NCBI GenBank assembly: GCA_963720265.1
Contig: CAVRET010000001.1
Location: 389,916-453,915, forward strand
Source of the DNA: an uncultured bacterium
GTDB taxonomy: Bacteria > Patescibacteriota > Saccharimonadia > UBA4664
Reading direction: 5' to 3'
Length of the DNA: 64,000 nucleotides
Below, piece after piece: positions 31,374-46,227 of the stretch (its first letter is position 1; every line of letters starts with the position of its first letter). The position numbers and the translations under genes were made by a program. A model generated the notes under the pieces. It saw only the letters and a list, made by a program, of their open reading frames with translations, ran no database searches and was not told the DNA's origin.

Positions 31374-31850
31374 CTAGTAGCGGGCAAAGTGTGCAAAAGC
31401 CTTGTTGGCCTCGGCCATGCGGTGGGTGTCTTCGCGCTTTTTGATGGCATCACCTTGACCTTGAGATGCAGACAGTAATTCGTCGGCGAGACGAATGTCG
31501 AAGCTGCGGCCGGATTTGTTGCGGGCAGAGGTCAGAATCCAGGTCATAGCAAGGTGAATCTTACGGTCGCCGCGGACTTCCATGGGTACCTGATACGTAG
31601 CACCTCCGATGCGCTTGGCTTTCACCTGAACGGCTGGCGATACGTTCTTGATGGCGGCTTCGAAGATTTCCATGGCAGGCTGCTTGCCTTTGGCTTCAAC
31701 TGCTTCGAGCGAACTATAGACCAGGCTTTCGGCTATGCGCTTTTTGCCGTCGCGCATGACCTTATTGATCATCTTGGTGACTAAGATGTTGTTGTAGCGC
31801 AAATCCGGCGGTAAGGTGCGGTGGAATGATTTGGTAGTCTTGCGTGGCAT
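31374..31850 (-). CDS. rpsG: 30S ribosomal protein S7
   Basis: 158 aa; MPRKTTKSF...NNILVTKMINKVMRDGKK. Confidence 0.96.
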   Translation of the reverse strand: MPRKTTKSFHRTLPPDLRYNNILVTKMINKVMRDGKKRIAESLVYSSLEAVEAKGKQPAMEIFEAAIKNVSPAVQVKAKRIGGATYQVPMEVRGDRKIHLAMTWILTSARNKSGRSFDIRLADELLSASQGQGDAIKKREDTHRMAEANKAFAHFARY

Positions 31851-32269
31851 TACTTTCCTGTCTGCTCTTTCTTGGCGCCGTACTTGGAGCGACCTTGTTT
31901 GCGCTTGGCGACGCCTGCGGTATCGAGCGCACCGCGGACTACGGTGTAACGCACACCGGCGAGGTCTTTGGGGCCGCCACCCTGGATCAGCACAACCGAG
32001 TGTTCTTGCAGGTTGTGGCCGATGCCAGGGATGTAGGCCGTGACTTCCATGCCGTTGGTGAGACGCACGCGGGCAAACTTGCGCAAGGCTGAGTTTGGCT
32101 TGCGGGGCGTCATCGTACCGACCTTCACGCAGACGCCGCGCATAAACGGCGAGTTGAGCTGGTAGGTGCGGTTCTTGAGTGAATTGTGGATGCGGCCCAA
32201 CGCCGGAGTCGACGACTTCTTTTTGGGGTCGCGGCGGGGCTTGCGGAGTAGTTGGTTAATCGTTGGCAT
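31850..32269 (-). CDS. rpsL: 30S ribosomal protein S12
   Basis: 139 aa; [13 protein letters not shown]...[10 protein letters not shown]. Confidence 0.96.
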   Translation of the reverse strand: MPTINQLLRKPRRDPKKKSSTPALGRIHNSLKNRTYQLNSPFMRGVCVKVGTMTPRKPNSALRKFARVRLTNGMEVTAYIPGIGHNLQEHSVVLIQGGGPKDLAGVRYTVVRGALDTAGVAKRKQGRSKYGAKKEQTGK

Positions 32270-32316
32270 AGTCTTTAGGTTACGGTGATTAAGTTTAGCT
32301 TATCTTGGGACGTCAG

Positions 32317-36249
<3,933 letters not shown>

Positions 36250-36254
36250 TGGGA

Positions 36255-39200
36255 TTAGCCCTCCACTTTAATTTCAGTATCTTCTGGGACGTCGACTTCA
36301 GCGTCGAGATCCATAGCCGCTTCGTCTTCTGCTTCGTCTAGGGTTTCAAATTCGTCCGGGCCCTCGGCGGCCAGGTCAACGAGCGGCATGTCGGCTACAA
36401 CAGCGTCACCTTCGAGGATTTTGTCCGGACCGAAGTCGGTGATGTCGTCGTCGAGGCGCTCGGAGATCACGCGCTCAGCGTCCACCTCTTCCTCGCCGGC
36501 CGGGGCGCTTCTGGTCAGATCGACGGCCAGACCGAGTGATTGCAGCTCCTTAACCAGCACATTAAAGCTCTCAGGGATACGTGGCCCGCGGATTTCCTCG
36601 GATTTAATGATCGACTCGTAGGCCTTGGAGCGGCCGACCACGTCGTCAGACTTGATGGTGAGGATTTCCTGCAGGGTATTAGCAGCGCCGTAGGCCTCGA
36701 GTGCCCAGACCTCCATCTCGCCGAAGCGCTGGCCGCCCATTTGAGCCTTACCGCCAAGCGGCTGCTGCGTAACCATGGCGTATGGGCCGATGGAGCGGGC
36801 GTGGATTTTGTCGTCAACCATGTGCTGAAGCTTTAGCATGTACTTATAGCCGACGGTAGTGCGCTCCTGGAACGGCTGACCGGTGCCGCCGTCGTAGAGC
36901 TGGACTTTGCCGTCTTCGGGTAGACCAGCTTTCTTAAGCTCCCCCTTGATTTGCTCAATGGTGACGCCGTCAAAGACCGGTGATGCTACGGTGTAGCCGA
37001 GAGTGCGAGCGGCCCAGCCGAGGTGGGTTTCGAAGATTTGGCCGATATTCATGCGCTTGCCGACACCTAAGGGGTTTAGAATCATGTCGACTGGGGTACC
37101 GTCTTCGAGATAGGGCATGTCTTCGACCGGCAGGATGCGGGCAATAACGCCCTTGTTGCCGTGCCGTCCGGCCATTTTGTCGCCCATGGTAATCTTGCGC
37201 ATTTGGGCGACTGAGACGTGGTATTGCTCAATCACACCGGCCTGGAGCTCATCGCCGTTTTCGCGGGAGAAGACCTTTACGCCAACAACCTTGCCGCGCT
37301 CGCCGTTGGGCAGGCGCAAGCTGGTATCTTTGACGTCTCTGGCCTTTTCGCCAAAGATGGCGCGGAGCAGTTTCTCCTCGGAGCTAAGCTCTTGCTCGCC
37401 TTTGGGTGTAATTTTGCCGACCAGAATGTCCCCGGCTGTAACTTCGGCGCCGATCCGTACTATGCCTTGCTCGTCGAGGTCTTTGAGCGAGTCTTCGGAG
37501 ACGTTGGCAATGTCGCGGGTGACCTGCTCGGGGCCGAGCTTGGTGTCGCGCACGTCAACGGTGTGGGTTTCGATATGGATTGAGGTGTAGCGGTCGTCTT
37601 GGACGAGGCGCTGCGACAGCACGATGGCATCCTCAAAGTTGTAGCCTTTCCAGTTCATGAATGCTACCAAAATGTTCTGGCCAAGCGACAGCTCGCCGTC
37701 CTTGGTCGACATGCCGTCAGCCAGTACGTCGCCCTTCTTGACCTCCTCGCCGGCGGTTACAAGACACTTCTGATTGATCGAGGTGCCAACGTTACTTCTG
37801 GCAAAGTTGGTTAGTTCGTAGTGCTTGGTTTCGCCGTCCTTGTAGGTTACGGTAATGCCTCTGGCGGTCGCTGAATCCACGATGCCGTCGGCTTCGGCCA
37901 ACACAACCTGTCCGGAGTCGCGGGCTACGATTGGCTCCATGCCGGTACCGACGACCGGCGCTTCCGGCTTAATGAGGGCTACAGCCTGCTTTTGCATGTT
38001 CGCACCCATGAGGGCGCGTTTGGCGTTGTCATGCTCAATGAATGGGATGAGCGAGGCAGACACTGATACGATCTGCTTTGAGCTGACGTCCATAAAATCA
38101 ACGGAGTTGGAATCGACCTCCTCGGCCTCGCCCTTGAGCCGGGCCGGGACACGATTTGAGGTAAAGTAACCTTTTTCATCGGTTTCAACGCCGTAGCCGG
38201 CCACCACGGCCTGCTCCTCGTCGGAAGCGTCGAGATAGGAGACCTTGTCTGTTACACGGGCTTTGATCGGCACACGCTCAATGCCGGCCTTCACAAGCTT
38301 CTTGACATCGGCTTCGGTTAGTTTGTCGCCGGATTTGGCAATAACCGCGTCGCCGGCCTTAATGGTGCCGCGGGCGATCTCGCTGGCCGCGTCCTTGGCC
38401 GCCACTTCGCGGCGCACGATGCGGTAGGGCGTTTCAATGAAGCCGTATTCATTCACATGAGCGTAAGTAGAGAGGTTTGAGACCAGGCCGATGTTTGGAC
38501 CTTCCGGAGTCTCGATCGGGCAGAGACGGCCGTAGTGGGTCTTGTGCACGTCACGAACTTCAAAACCGGCGCGCTCACGACTCAAACCGCCGGGGCCCAT
38601 GGCGTTAAGACGGCGCTTGTGCACGACTTCGTCGAGTGGGTTGATCTGGCTCATGAATTGGCTGAGTTGAGAGCTTGCGAAGAACTCGCGCACACTGGCG
38701 ACAATCGGCCGGACGTTGACGAGCTGACCAGGTGTAACTGTGGTCGTGTCATAGACCGACATCCGGTCTTTGACAATCCGCTCCATGCGCGTGAGGCCGA
38801 TGCGGAACTTGGACTGCATCAGCTCGCCGACCATCTTGAGGCGGCGGTTGGCGAGGTTGTCGATGTCGTCGGCTAGGCCGTTGCCATTGTTGAGGTTAAC
38901 GATCTCAGCCACGATGGCGACCAGGTCTTCGCGCCGCAAGGTGCGGTTTTCGGATGTGTTAGGGATATTGAGCCCTAAGCGCTTGTTGAGCTTGTAACGG
39001 CCGACCTTTGAAAAATCGTAGCGCTTGAAATCAAAGAACATGCCTTCGATGAGGCTCTTGGAGTTTTCAACCGTGGCGAGGTCGCCGGGCCGGATGCGCC
39101 GGTAGACTTCCATGAGGGCTTCAGAAACCGTGGCCGAAGGGTCTTTTTCAAGCGTTTCATTAATATATTTGACCTCGCCGGTGTCGACATCTTTAAAGAG

Positions 39201-39812
39201 CGCCTTAATCTCGTCGTTGGTGGCGTAGCCAAAGGCGCGTAGCAAGGTAGTGATAGGGAGTTTGCGCTTACGGTCGATCTTAACGGAAATAACGCCGCCG
39301 GCCGAGGTGTCGAGCTCAAGCCAAGCGCCGCGGCCGGGGATTACCTTGGCACCAAACAAATCGCCGGCAGCACCGCGATCAGAGGTAAAGAACACGCCGG
39401 GTGAACGTACGAGCTGGCTTACCACAACGCGCTCGGCGCCGTTGATTACGAACGTGCCGCGTTCGGTCATCCACGGGTAGTCACCGAGGAAAATTTCTTG
39501 CTCGCGGACCTCGCCGGTCTGCTTGTTGACCAGCTCGGCTCGAGCCTTGAGCGGCACCTCGAGTGAAGCATTTTTTAGCTTGGCCGTCTTTTCGTCGTAT
39601 TTGGGCTCTTCAAAATGGAAATCGCGCAGATATAAAGCGAGACTGGTGCCGGTGAAATCTTCGATTGGGTTCACTTCAGCGAAGAGCTCGGCGAGCCCCT
39701 CAGTTACAAACCAGTTAAATGAATTAAGTTGGATTTCAATGAGATTCGGCAGTGGCAGAACCTCAGATACATTTTTTAATTGCTTGCGTGTACGATAACC
39801 CGGCTTGGCCAA
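36255..39812 (-). CDS. rpoB: DNA-directed RNA polymerase subunit beta
   Basis: 1185 aa; canonical beta-subunit motifs; intact frame; 5-bp gap to rpoC. Confidence 0.98.
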   Translation of the reverse strand: MAKPGYRTRKQLKNVSEVLPLPNLIEIQLNSFNWFVTEGLAELFAEVNPIEDFTGTSLALYLRDFHFEEPKYDEKTAKLKNASLEVPLKARAELVNKQTGEVREQEIFLGDYPWMTERGTFVINGAERVVVSQLVRSPGVFFTSDRGAAGDLFGAKVIPGRGAWLELDTSAGGVISVKIDRKRKLPITTLLRAFGYATNDEIKALFKDVDTGEVKYINETLEKDPSATVSEALMEVYRRIRPGDLATVENSKSLIEGMFFDFKRYDFSKVGRYKLNKRLGLNIPNTSENRTLRREDLVAIVAEIVNLNNGNGLADDIDNLANRRLKMVGELMQSKFRIGLTRMERIVKDRMSVYDTTTVTPGQLVNVRPIVASVREFFASSQLSQFMSQINPLDEVVHKRRLNAMGPGGLSRERAGFEVRDVHKTHYGRLCPIETPEGPNIGLVSNLSTYAHVNEYGFIETPYRIVRREVAAKDAASEIARGTIKAGDAVIAKSGDKLTEADVKKLVKAGIERVPIKARVTDKVSYLDASDEEQAVVAGYGVETDEKGYFTSNRVPARLKGEAEEVDSNSVDFMDVSSKQIVSVSASLIPFIEHDNAKRALMGANMQKQAVALIKPEAPVVGTGMEPIVARDSGQVVLAEADGIVDSATARGITVTYKDGETKHYELTNFARSNVGTSINQKCLVTAGEEVKKGDVLADGMSTKDGELSLGQNILVAFMNWKGYNFEDAIVLSQRLVQDDRYTSIHIETHTVDVRDTKLGPEQVTRDIANVSEDSLKDLDEQGIVRIGAEVTAGDILVGKITPKGEQELSSEEKLLRAIFGEKARDVKDTSLRLPNGERGKVVGVKVFSRENGDELQAGVIEQYHVSVAQMRKITMGDKMAGRHGNKGVIARILPVEDMPYLEDGTPVDMILNPLGVGKRMNIGQIFETHLGWAARTLGYTVASPVFDGVTIEQIKGELKKAGLPEDGKVQLYDGGTGQPFQERTTVGYKYMLKLQHMVDDKIHARSIGPYAMVTQQPLGGKAQMGGQRFGEMEVWALEAYGAANTLQEILTIKSDDVVGRSKAYESIIKSEEIRGPRIPESFNVLVKELQSLGLAVDLTRSAPAGEEEVDAERVISERLDDDITDFGPDKILEGDAVVADMPLVDLAAEGPDEFETLDEAEDEAAMDLDAEVDVPEDTEIKVEG

Positions 39813-40072
39813 TACAAACTCCTCACAGCTTTACGTGACATTGATATGTGTAGAGGTTTTTCTAAACACATAAAACTAGGGGCGGCTGGCCCTAGTTGTC
39901 CGATTTAAGCATCCTCTTGATATCTATTTTGCCTGATCGTCTCGATGGTGTCAATAGTCTTCTTATCCGAAGTTTAGGCAGTTTGTGTGGTTTTTTTACA
40001 TCGCTTTTCGTCCTTTTGGACTCATCAGTACGAACACGCATTCGTAAAAGCGCCCGACAAGGGTGCGGACAG

Positions 40073-40112
40073 CGGGGCCGCCAAGTCCGGTGAACCGGAC
40101 TTGGCGGCCCCG
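40073..40112. terminator. strong GC-rich hairpin (18-bp stem, tgaa loop) between the upstream gene and rpoB; candidate terminator/attenuator
   Basis: CGGGGCCGCCAAGTCCGG tgaa CCGGACTTGGCGGCCCCG; there is no flanking U-tract, so its function is uncertain. Confidence 0.4.
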
Positions 40113-40116
40113 TAAG

Positions 40117-40728
40117 CTACCGGATGAGGCGCATCTCTACCAGGTCGGTGTCGATGGCCAGGTCGTCGAGAGTGACTGGTATTTCTTCGAAGCGGACGTC
40201 GCAGCGGGTGTTGAGCCACCGCTCGTCGCGCTTGGTGCACTTGTCGTCTGCCTCACATCGCCGGCACCCGTCCTTGCACCTGGCTCGCCTTTCGCGTTCC
40301 GGACAGGACGCGTTGTTGTCGCAATACCGGCACCGGGGGCGCTTATCCGCTGGTATCCGGACGGTGACCAATGCTAGCCTTGTGGGCGGCTTGACCCGAA
40401 ACCGAATCTCGTCGCCAGGCAGCTTCATTGGAAACTGGGGGAACTTGGCCATACGAAGGATGGTTCCCACCAGGACAAGTTCACCCTGTTTAACGCCGGG
40501 CCGGATCTCGTCCAGCTGAACCACTGTTCCACCCGGACCACACTGGATTGGCTGCCCGTCCTCAATGAAGCACCGAAGGTCGGAGTCCAGTGCTTCCGGG
40601 AAGTTCATAAGGATCGCCGGCGGGAGAGCGTCTAGCTCTCCCGAGCCCTCTCGTAGCAAGAGGTCAGCGAGATCCGCAGGATGTTCCGCGAGCCCAAGGT
40701 AGGTATGCGGAAGGTCTACTACAGTCAT
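40117..40728 (-). CDS. hypothetical protein with Cys-rich (CxxC...CxxC) segment
   Basis: 203 aa; CRYCDNNASCPERERRARCKDGCRRCEADDKC cluster; no family recognised. Confidence 0.45.
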   Translation of the reverse strand: MTVVDLPHTYLGLAEHPADLADLLLREGSGELDALPPAILMNFPEALDSDLRCFIEDGQPIQCGPGGTVVQLDEIRPGVKQGELVLVGTILRMAKFPQFPMKLPGDEIRFRVKPPTRLALVTVRIPADKRPRCRYCDNNASCPERERRARCKDGCRRCEADDKCTKRDERWLNTRCDVRFEEIPVTLDDLAIDTDLVEMRLIR

Positions 40729-40847
40729 CGGCTTGCTCCTCTTGATCTGCTCTTGTCGGGTTACATGCTAACGAGCGCCTAGTCCAGGATGTCGCTAACT
40801 ATATATTTATAGCATATTTTATTGTAATATACAAGCATAGCATGGTG

Positions 40848-42155
40848 CTAGGCCAATTTGCCCGTACGGCGCAGCCAGACATATTGGAAAATTGCGAACC
40901 CGAGCAACAAGAGGCCGAGGGCGCCAATCACTGTGTTAACACTCGTGAGGTCGGCCAAAGTGGCGGCGAACAGAATGGGCAGGGTGGCGGCGATATTCAC
41001 CATCATGCCCAAAGCACCGAAAACCTTGCCGCGAGTGGTAGCGGTGGTGTTCTCCTGGAGGATTGTTTGCGACGCTGCGGAAACAAGCGCGTTAACGAAG
41101 CCTAGGGTGAGTACGAGCAGAGCAACGCTAAATCCAGCCAATGCAGCGAGGAATGCCACCCGACTCGTAGCAAGGCTGTGCATTCTACTGGTCAGACCCA
41201 GTAGAACTAGCATGGCCCCGGCCAACATTAGCCCGACCGCAATGACACGGCGCTTGGAGTAACGCTTGACCAGGTGGCCGATAGCGATGACGCCGAGCAC
41301 CATGCCGATGCCGGCTGGTATTACCAAGTATTGCGAGGCGTCTTGAATCGGCCGGTGCAATACGGCCACGGACAGCGCCGGTGCGAGTGCCAAGAGTACG
41401 CCCAGGCTGGCCTGCGTGATGGTGAGCTGAGTGATTGGGAAGGACAGATTGTGGTTGCCGCGGATGAGCCGCCAGTTGCGGTTAATTTCGCGCGCCGTGT
41501 AGCGCACCACCCGTTTGAACGGCAAGCTGACGCTAGCCGGCGCATGCATACTCGGCAAGAACATGACACTTAGACTCGCAAAGGCAAACATGAACGCAGT
41601 CACGAAGTACGGCCCGTCGGAGCCAAACAGCGCAATGACCGGAGCCGAGGCCGAATAGCCAACAATAAAGGAACCGTAGAGCGTAAACACAAATAGTGAG
41701 TTGGCGCGCAACAACTGACCCGGAGTGACGAGCAACGGAATAGCAGCCGCCTCGGCCGGCGCGAAAAACTGCGTGATTGAGCTAATCACAAAACTGAGCA
41801 AGAGCACGAGCGCCAGATTATGCTCAACCGCGAGATAGCCAAGCACTAACACCCCGCGCAAGAGGTTGGCGGTCAGGAGAACAACCTTTTTATTCCAGTG
41901 GTCGACGTACACTCCGGCAGCCGGCGCGAACAGGATCGACGGTACGCCAAAACTCAGGATTAATAGTGCGACCGAAATGTTGGCCAGACGGGTGTGCTGA
42001 GCCAACTGGAAGACGCGAATGATCAGCGCAAAGTTGAGCAGATTCTGGGCGATCTGCGACAAGACCTGGGCCGCCCAAAGCAATGAAAAGTGGGGGTTGC
42101 GGACGACCGACAGGGTATCAGTTGATTCGGTGGTTGGCGTCGGCCGCCGCTTCAC
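40848..42155 (-). CDS. MFS transporter
   Basis: 435 aa; 12 predicted TM helices; MFS-type N-terminal motif region. Confidence 0.8.
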   Translation of the reverse strand: MKRRPTPTTESTDTLSVVRNPHFSLLWAAQVLSQIAQNLLNFALIIRVFQLAQHTRLANISVALLILSFGVPSILFAPAAGVYVDHWNKKVVLLTANLLRGVLVLGYLAVEHNLALVLLLSFVISSITQFFAPAEAAAIPLLVTPGQLLRANSLFVFTLYGSFIVGYSASAPVIALFGSDGPYFVTAFMFAFASLSVMFLPSMHAPASVSLPFKRVVRYTAREINRNWRLIRGNHNLSFPITQLTITQASLGVLLALAPALSVAVLHRPIQDASQYLVIPAGIGMVLGVIAIGHLVKRYSKRRVIAVGLMLAGAMLVLLGLTSRMHSLATSRVAFLAALAGFSVALLVLTLGFVNALVSAASQTILQENTTATTRGKVFGALGMMVNIAATLPILFAATLADLTSVNTVIGALGLLLLGFAIFQYVWLRRTGKLA

Positions 42156-42172
42156 ATGGCTCTCCCGTTTGG

Positions 42173-42778
42173 TTATTTGGTGATGACGCTGTCCACGAGC
42201 CCGTAGCCTTTGGCTTCATCGGCCGACATCCAGTAATCGCGATCGGTGTCTTTGTGGACCTGGTCGACCGATTTACCGGTACGCTCAGCCAAGATCTCGT
42301 CCATTGTTTGGCGCGATTTCAACACTTCGCGGGCGGTAATTTCGATATCTGATGGCGTTCCGGCAAACCCGGCTGAGCCCTGGTGAATCATAACCTTGGC
42401 ATTGGGCAGGGCAAAGCGCTTGCCCTTGGCACCGGCCGCGAGCAAGACTGCGCCCATACTGGCGGCCATGCCCACACAAATGGTTGAAACATCGGGCTTA
42501 ATCACGTTCATGGTATCGAGCATGGCCAGGCCGGCCGTAACTTCGCCGCCAGGTGAGTTGATGTAAATTTTTACGTCCTTGCTGGCGTCTTCCGACTCAA
42601 GAAACAACAGCTGCGCAATTACTAAATTGGCAACGGTATCGTCGATGCCGGTGCCGAGAAAAATAATGCGCTCTTTGAGCAGGCGTGAGTAAATATCATA
42701 CGCCCGTTCGCCGAGAGCGGTTTTTTCGATCACGGTCGGGATGAGAATTTGCGCTGTGTGACTACTACGAGAATTCAT
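42173..42778 (-). CDS. clpP: ATP-dependent Clp protease proteolytic subunit
   Basis: 201 aa; catalytic triad context GMAASMGA...MIHQ; [13 protein letters not shown] motif. Confidence 0.93.
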   Translation of the reverse strand: MNSRSSHTAQILIPTVIEKTALGERAYDIYSRLLKERIIFLGTGIDDTVANLVIAQLLFLESEDASKDVKIYINSPGGEVTAGLAMLDTMNVIKPDVSTICVGMAASMGAVLLAAGAKGKRFALPNAKVMIHQGSAGFAGTPSDIEITAREVLKSRQTMDEILAERTGKSVDQVHKDTDRDYWMSADEAKGYGLVDSVITK

Positions 42779-42875
42779 GGTACCTCCATATGTTAACGAG
42801 ACGCAGGTGATCCGGCAATAAGCCGGTGGGTCTTCGTGATCATTTTAGCACTCTCGTACTGTGAGTGCCAATACA

Positions 42876-43496
42876 TCACCAAGCAAGACCGAGGCCATGC
42901 AGGTCATGTTTGAGTTGTGTGAGGTTAACGTAGAGAATTGGCCGAATGCCCAGGGCCTCGACACCGATAAAGGCGGCAGCGCGGTCGTCGATATACACCA
43001 ACGAGGTTGGTGGGACACCGAGCCGGTTGGCGATAATAGCAAAGGCACGAGGATCGGGTTTGGCAAAACCGGTTTCTCCCGACAATGCGACGGCATCGAA
43101 GTGCCGGTCGAGACCACGGCGGTAGAGATCGTCTGACCAGGGCGTGGGCACTGCCAGGTTTGACAGCAGACCGGTGCGGTAGCCGGCGGTGCGCAGCTGA
43201 TCGATGAGCCCAAGCATTGGTTCGTTGGGCGTGGGTAAGCGCTCGGTCGCGGTGCGCCAGATGTCGTCGAAACGACCCGACAGCCCAAGGTCCGCGGCTA
43301 CCCGCCGCCAAAGTGTGGCTTGGTCAATGGTGCCAATCTGAAATTCACGATTATGGCGATGATACATGTCCCGCACCGTGTCCGGGTCGGCACCGGTAAG
43401 CCGGCTGATTTGCTCGAAAATATTTCCGGCCGGCGGGTTTGATGTGACGCCGGTGTAGTCGAAAGCGACGGCGCGAACCGGGGCGAGCAACGGCAT
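42876..43496 (-). CDS. HAD-superfamily hydrolase
   Basis: Start MPLLAPVRAVAFDYTGV (DxD-type motif I: AFDYTGV); ...LLSNL... motif II; late DD motif; start ATG 43494-43496. Confidence 0.65.
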   Translation of the reverse strand: MPLLAPVRAVAFDYTGVTSNPPAGNIFEQISRLTGADPDTVRDMYHRHNREFQIGTIDQATLWRRVAADLGLSGRFDDIWRTATERLPTPNEPMLGLIDQLRTAGYRTGLLSNLAVPTPWSDDLYRRGLDRHFDAVALSGETGFAKPDPRAFAIIANRLGVPPTSLVYIDDRAAAFIGVEALGIRPILYVNLTQLKHDLHGLGLAW

Positions 43497-43503
43497 CGCG
43501 ATA

Positions 43504-44784
43504 CTATTTGCCCTCGGCGTAACCAATGAGCTTTGCAATGACCTTGGACGCCAGGAGGTGATTATAGACTTCTTCCCGCGTACGGGGGTTGTCTAGCTCG
43601 GTCTGGGCTTCGGGGTCGGGATAATCCTGGCGCAAACGGTCAATCTCGGCATTTAGCTCAGATGCGGTGACCGTTAAACTTTCGGTCGTAGCGACCTCGG
43701 TGAGCAAGAGCGCCAGCCCAACCCGGCGCTCGGCTTCGGGACGTAAGTCAGCCGCCAGTTCATCGGCTGACTTACCGGTCAGGTGAGCGTATTTTTCGAG
43801 ATTGAGTCCGCTGGTGGCCAGGTTCTGTTCAAGATCAATGCGCAGGCGCTCAAGTTGCTGGCTGATGAGAGTTTCTGGAAGTTTGTAATCCGAATCCTTT
43901 AACAGCTTGTCCAGCACGAGTTTTTCATACTCGCGGCCGGCGGCGGTAGTTTTTTCGCCCTCCAACTTTGCCTTAATGTCCGCCTTAAGCTCGTCTAGTG
44001 AGCCAAAGGGGCTTACCTGGTTCACAAACTCTTGATTTTCTTCCGGCAGTACAAGCTCGGTAATCGAGTTAAGTTTGATTTTAAACCTTACCGACTGATC
44101 GGCCAGCGACTGTTCGTGGTAATCGGCCGGGAAGCGAATCTCAAATGTCTTCTCCGCGCCGGGTTTTAGGCCAACGAGTTCGTCTTCGAAGCCGGGAATG
44201 AACGAGCCGGAGCCAAGCGCTAGCGTTTGGTTTTTGGCGGCGGCGCCGGACACAGGCTTGCCGTCTTTGGTGCCTTCAAAGTCGAAATTTACTTCGTCGC
44301 CGATTTTGGCTGGACGCTCGACTTGCAAGCGCGAAGCCACGCGCCTGCGCAGGTCCTGAATTGTGGCTTCTACTTCGGCGGGCTCAACTTTGACTGGCGG
44401 CCGTTTGATCCGAAACTTTTGGTAGTCAGCCAGCTTCACCTTGGGAATAAGCTCCACTTCGATGCGATATTGCAGCTCGGTATAGGGCACGAATTTTTCC
44501 AGGGTGACCTTGGGCGAACCCACCACCGGTAGCTCCAGTTCTTTTACGGCTTTGGCGTAGGTCCGCTCGAGCGCGTGTTCGACAAACTCAGATTGTACCG
44601 TGGCTGATCCGAGCTCACGGTCGACGATGGCGTCTGGGGCACGGCCGGGCCGGAATCCGGCGGCTTTCACGCGGCCGCGCAAGTGGCCGTAAACATCGGC
44701 CTTGATGCGGCGCAGCTCGGTTTCGTCGAGCGTAACACTAAATTGAACCTCGGTGTCGTGTCGGGATATGAGCTTGGTTTCCAT
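43504..44784 (-). CDS. tig: trigger factor
   Basis: Start METKLISRHDTEV at 44784; N-terminal ribosome-binding domain GFRPGRAPDAIVDREL; PPIase and C-terminal domains; a HAD gene lies between tig and clpP. Confidence 0.88.
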   Translation of the reverse strand: METKLISRHDTEVQFSVTLDETELRRIKADVYGHLRGRVKAAGFRPGRAPDAIVDRELGSATVQSEFVEHALERTYAKAVKELELPVVGSPKVTLEKFVPYTELQYRIEVELIPKVKLADYQKFRIKRPPVKVEPAEVEATIQDLRRRVASRLQVERPAKIGDEVNFDFEGTKDGKPVSGAAAKNQTLALGSGSFIPGFEDELVGLKPGAEKTFEIRFPADYHEQSLADQSVRFKIKLNSITELVLPEENQEFVNQVSPFGSLDELKADIKAKLEGEKTTAAGREYEKLVLDKLLKDSDYKLPETLISQQLERLRIDLEQNLATSGLNLEKYAHLTGKSADELAADLRPEAERRVGLALLLTEVATTESLTVTASELNAEIDRLRQDYPDPEAQTELDNPRTREEVYNHLLASKVIAKLIGYAEGK

Positions 44785-44867
44785 AGTGTCTAAGGGTACC
44801 ACGAAGCGGAGTCGCGAAAAAGAGGCAAAGCGGTTATGATGTGGGAAGTAAGTGAGAGAAACGTGTT

Positions 44868-46142
44868 GTGAGGGTTGAAAAAAGCCGTAGTTCGCTGCTC
44901 GCTGTGTCGTCACCGATTCAGGCTGTGGCGCTGTGTGTCATGGTACTGGGCGCGGTAGGTTTGGGATATGCCGTGGTGCATACGTTTGCCGCCAGCCGCT
45001 TCATTGCAACGCTGTCGCTGTCGCCCTCGACCGGAGCGTATCAGTCTAGTAAGCCCGGCCAGAACGTGAGCGTGAAAGTGGAGGCAGACTCCGACGGCGC
45101 GCTGGTGAACGCGGTGGAGGCAGATGTTTCATACCCTTCAAGCTTGCTCAAATTTGTCAGCATCGACGATACCGGGTCGGCTTTTGGTGTTAAGGCGTCT
45201 GAAACCGGCGGTAACGGCACGGTTAAGATTTCGCGTGGTAGTCAGACGCCGATCTCGGGCACAGCAATGTTGGTTGCAACCATAAACTTTACGACTGCGG
45301 CCAGTGGCACGGCCAACTTGGATTTCCTGAACTCATCGGCACTGGTGAGTAGTGCGACTCATACGAGCATTTTGACCTCGACGACCGGTGCAGTGTATAC
45401 GATTAGCATTACCGGCAGTACGTCGTCTCCAACGCCCACGCCCCGTCCTACGGCCACACCAACGCCAATTCAGTCGGCCACACCAACACCGTCGGCCGCC
45501 ACGCAGCCTACGCCGTCGACGAGTCCACTGGCTGGTGCGGGCACTCCTAGTGCTTCCCCAACGCCGAGCGAGAGCCCATCGCCAAGCGTGAGCCCGACGC
45601 CGGCCGGTACTGTTACAGCTGAGGCTTCTCCCACACCGACCATGCAACCAGTTACGCACCACACTGATGTGCTCGGAGTGGCAACCGCGATTGGCATTCC
45701 GGTACTGGCCATCATTATCGGCTTGGTAATCTTCCTGGCGTCCAAGAATCATACGCCCGGCGCGGGCAGTGGTGGCTCGGCTGAACCCCCAACTCCGGGT
45801 ACTCCTCAGGCTCCGGTGGCTGACGGTGGTGCGCCAACACCGGCCGAACCTGTAGCACCGCAGCCGCCGACTGACGACGATAATGAGCCACCGGCACCGC
45901 CGGCAGGCCCCGATGATGATAGCCAAGTGCCGCCGCCCGAGGCTAACGTGCCGGACCAAGCGCCCAACGAGGCTCCGACGGTAGGTGATGATGGCTCGTT
46001 AAACCCACCTACCGAGACACCTGATGAACCAATCCAACCGACCGAGCCATCGGCACCGTCGCAGACGGATGCGCCAATTTCCGGTAACAATGACCGACCA
46101 CCGAGCGAGACTCAGCCACCGACACCGCCCAACTCAGCTTAG
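44868..46142 (+). CDS. surface protein with cohesin-like domain, TM anchor and Pro-rich C-terminal tail (GTG start)
   Basis: 424 aa; N-terminal signal/TM; a roughly 120-aa block VSVKVEADSDGALVNAVEADVSYPSSLLKFVSIDD...GNGTVKISRG...ATINFT, cohesin-like; PT-rich linker; TM helix IGIPVLAIIIGLVIFLA; then a Pro/Asp-rich tail. Confidence 0.7.
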   Translation: MRVEKSRSSLLAVSSPIQAVALCVMVLGAVGLGYAVVHTFAASRFIATLSLSPSTGAYQSSKPGQNVSVKVEADSDGALVNAVEADVSYPSSLLKFVSIDDTGSAFGVKASETGGNGTVKISRGSQTPISGTAMLVATINFTTAASGTANLDFLNSSALVSSATHTSILTSTTGAVYTISITGSTSSPTPTPRPTATPTPIQSATPTPSAATQPTPSTSPLAGAGTPSASPTPSESPSPSVSPTPAGTVTAEASPTPTMQPVTHHTDVLGVATAIGIPVLAIIIGLVIFLASKNHTPGAGSGGSAEPPTPGTPQAPVADGGAPTPAEPVAPQPPTDDDNEPPAPPAGPDDDSQVPPPEANVPDQAPNEAPTVGDDGSLNPPTETPDEPIQPTEPSAPSQTDAPISGNNDRPPSETQPPTPPNSA

Positions 46143-46176
46143 CGCTAGCTAGCTTCTTGTAGTCGATGAGACGATT

Positions 46177-46203
46177 AGACCCCAGGCAATTGGCCTGGGG
46201 TCT
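46177..46203. terminator. bidirectional hairpin terminator between convergent surface-protein genes
   Basis: AGACCCCAGGC aattg GCCTGGGGTCT, 11-bp perfect stem, followed by TTTTGG on the plus strand. Confidence 0.55.
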
Positions 46204-46227
46204 AATCCGTTTTGGTAGAGAACTTGG

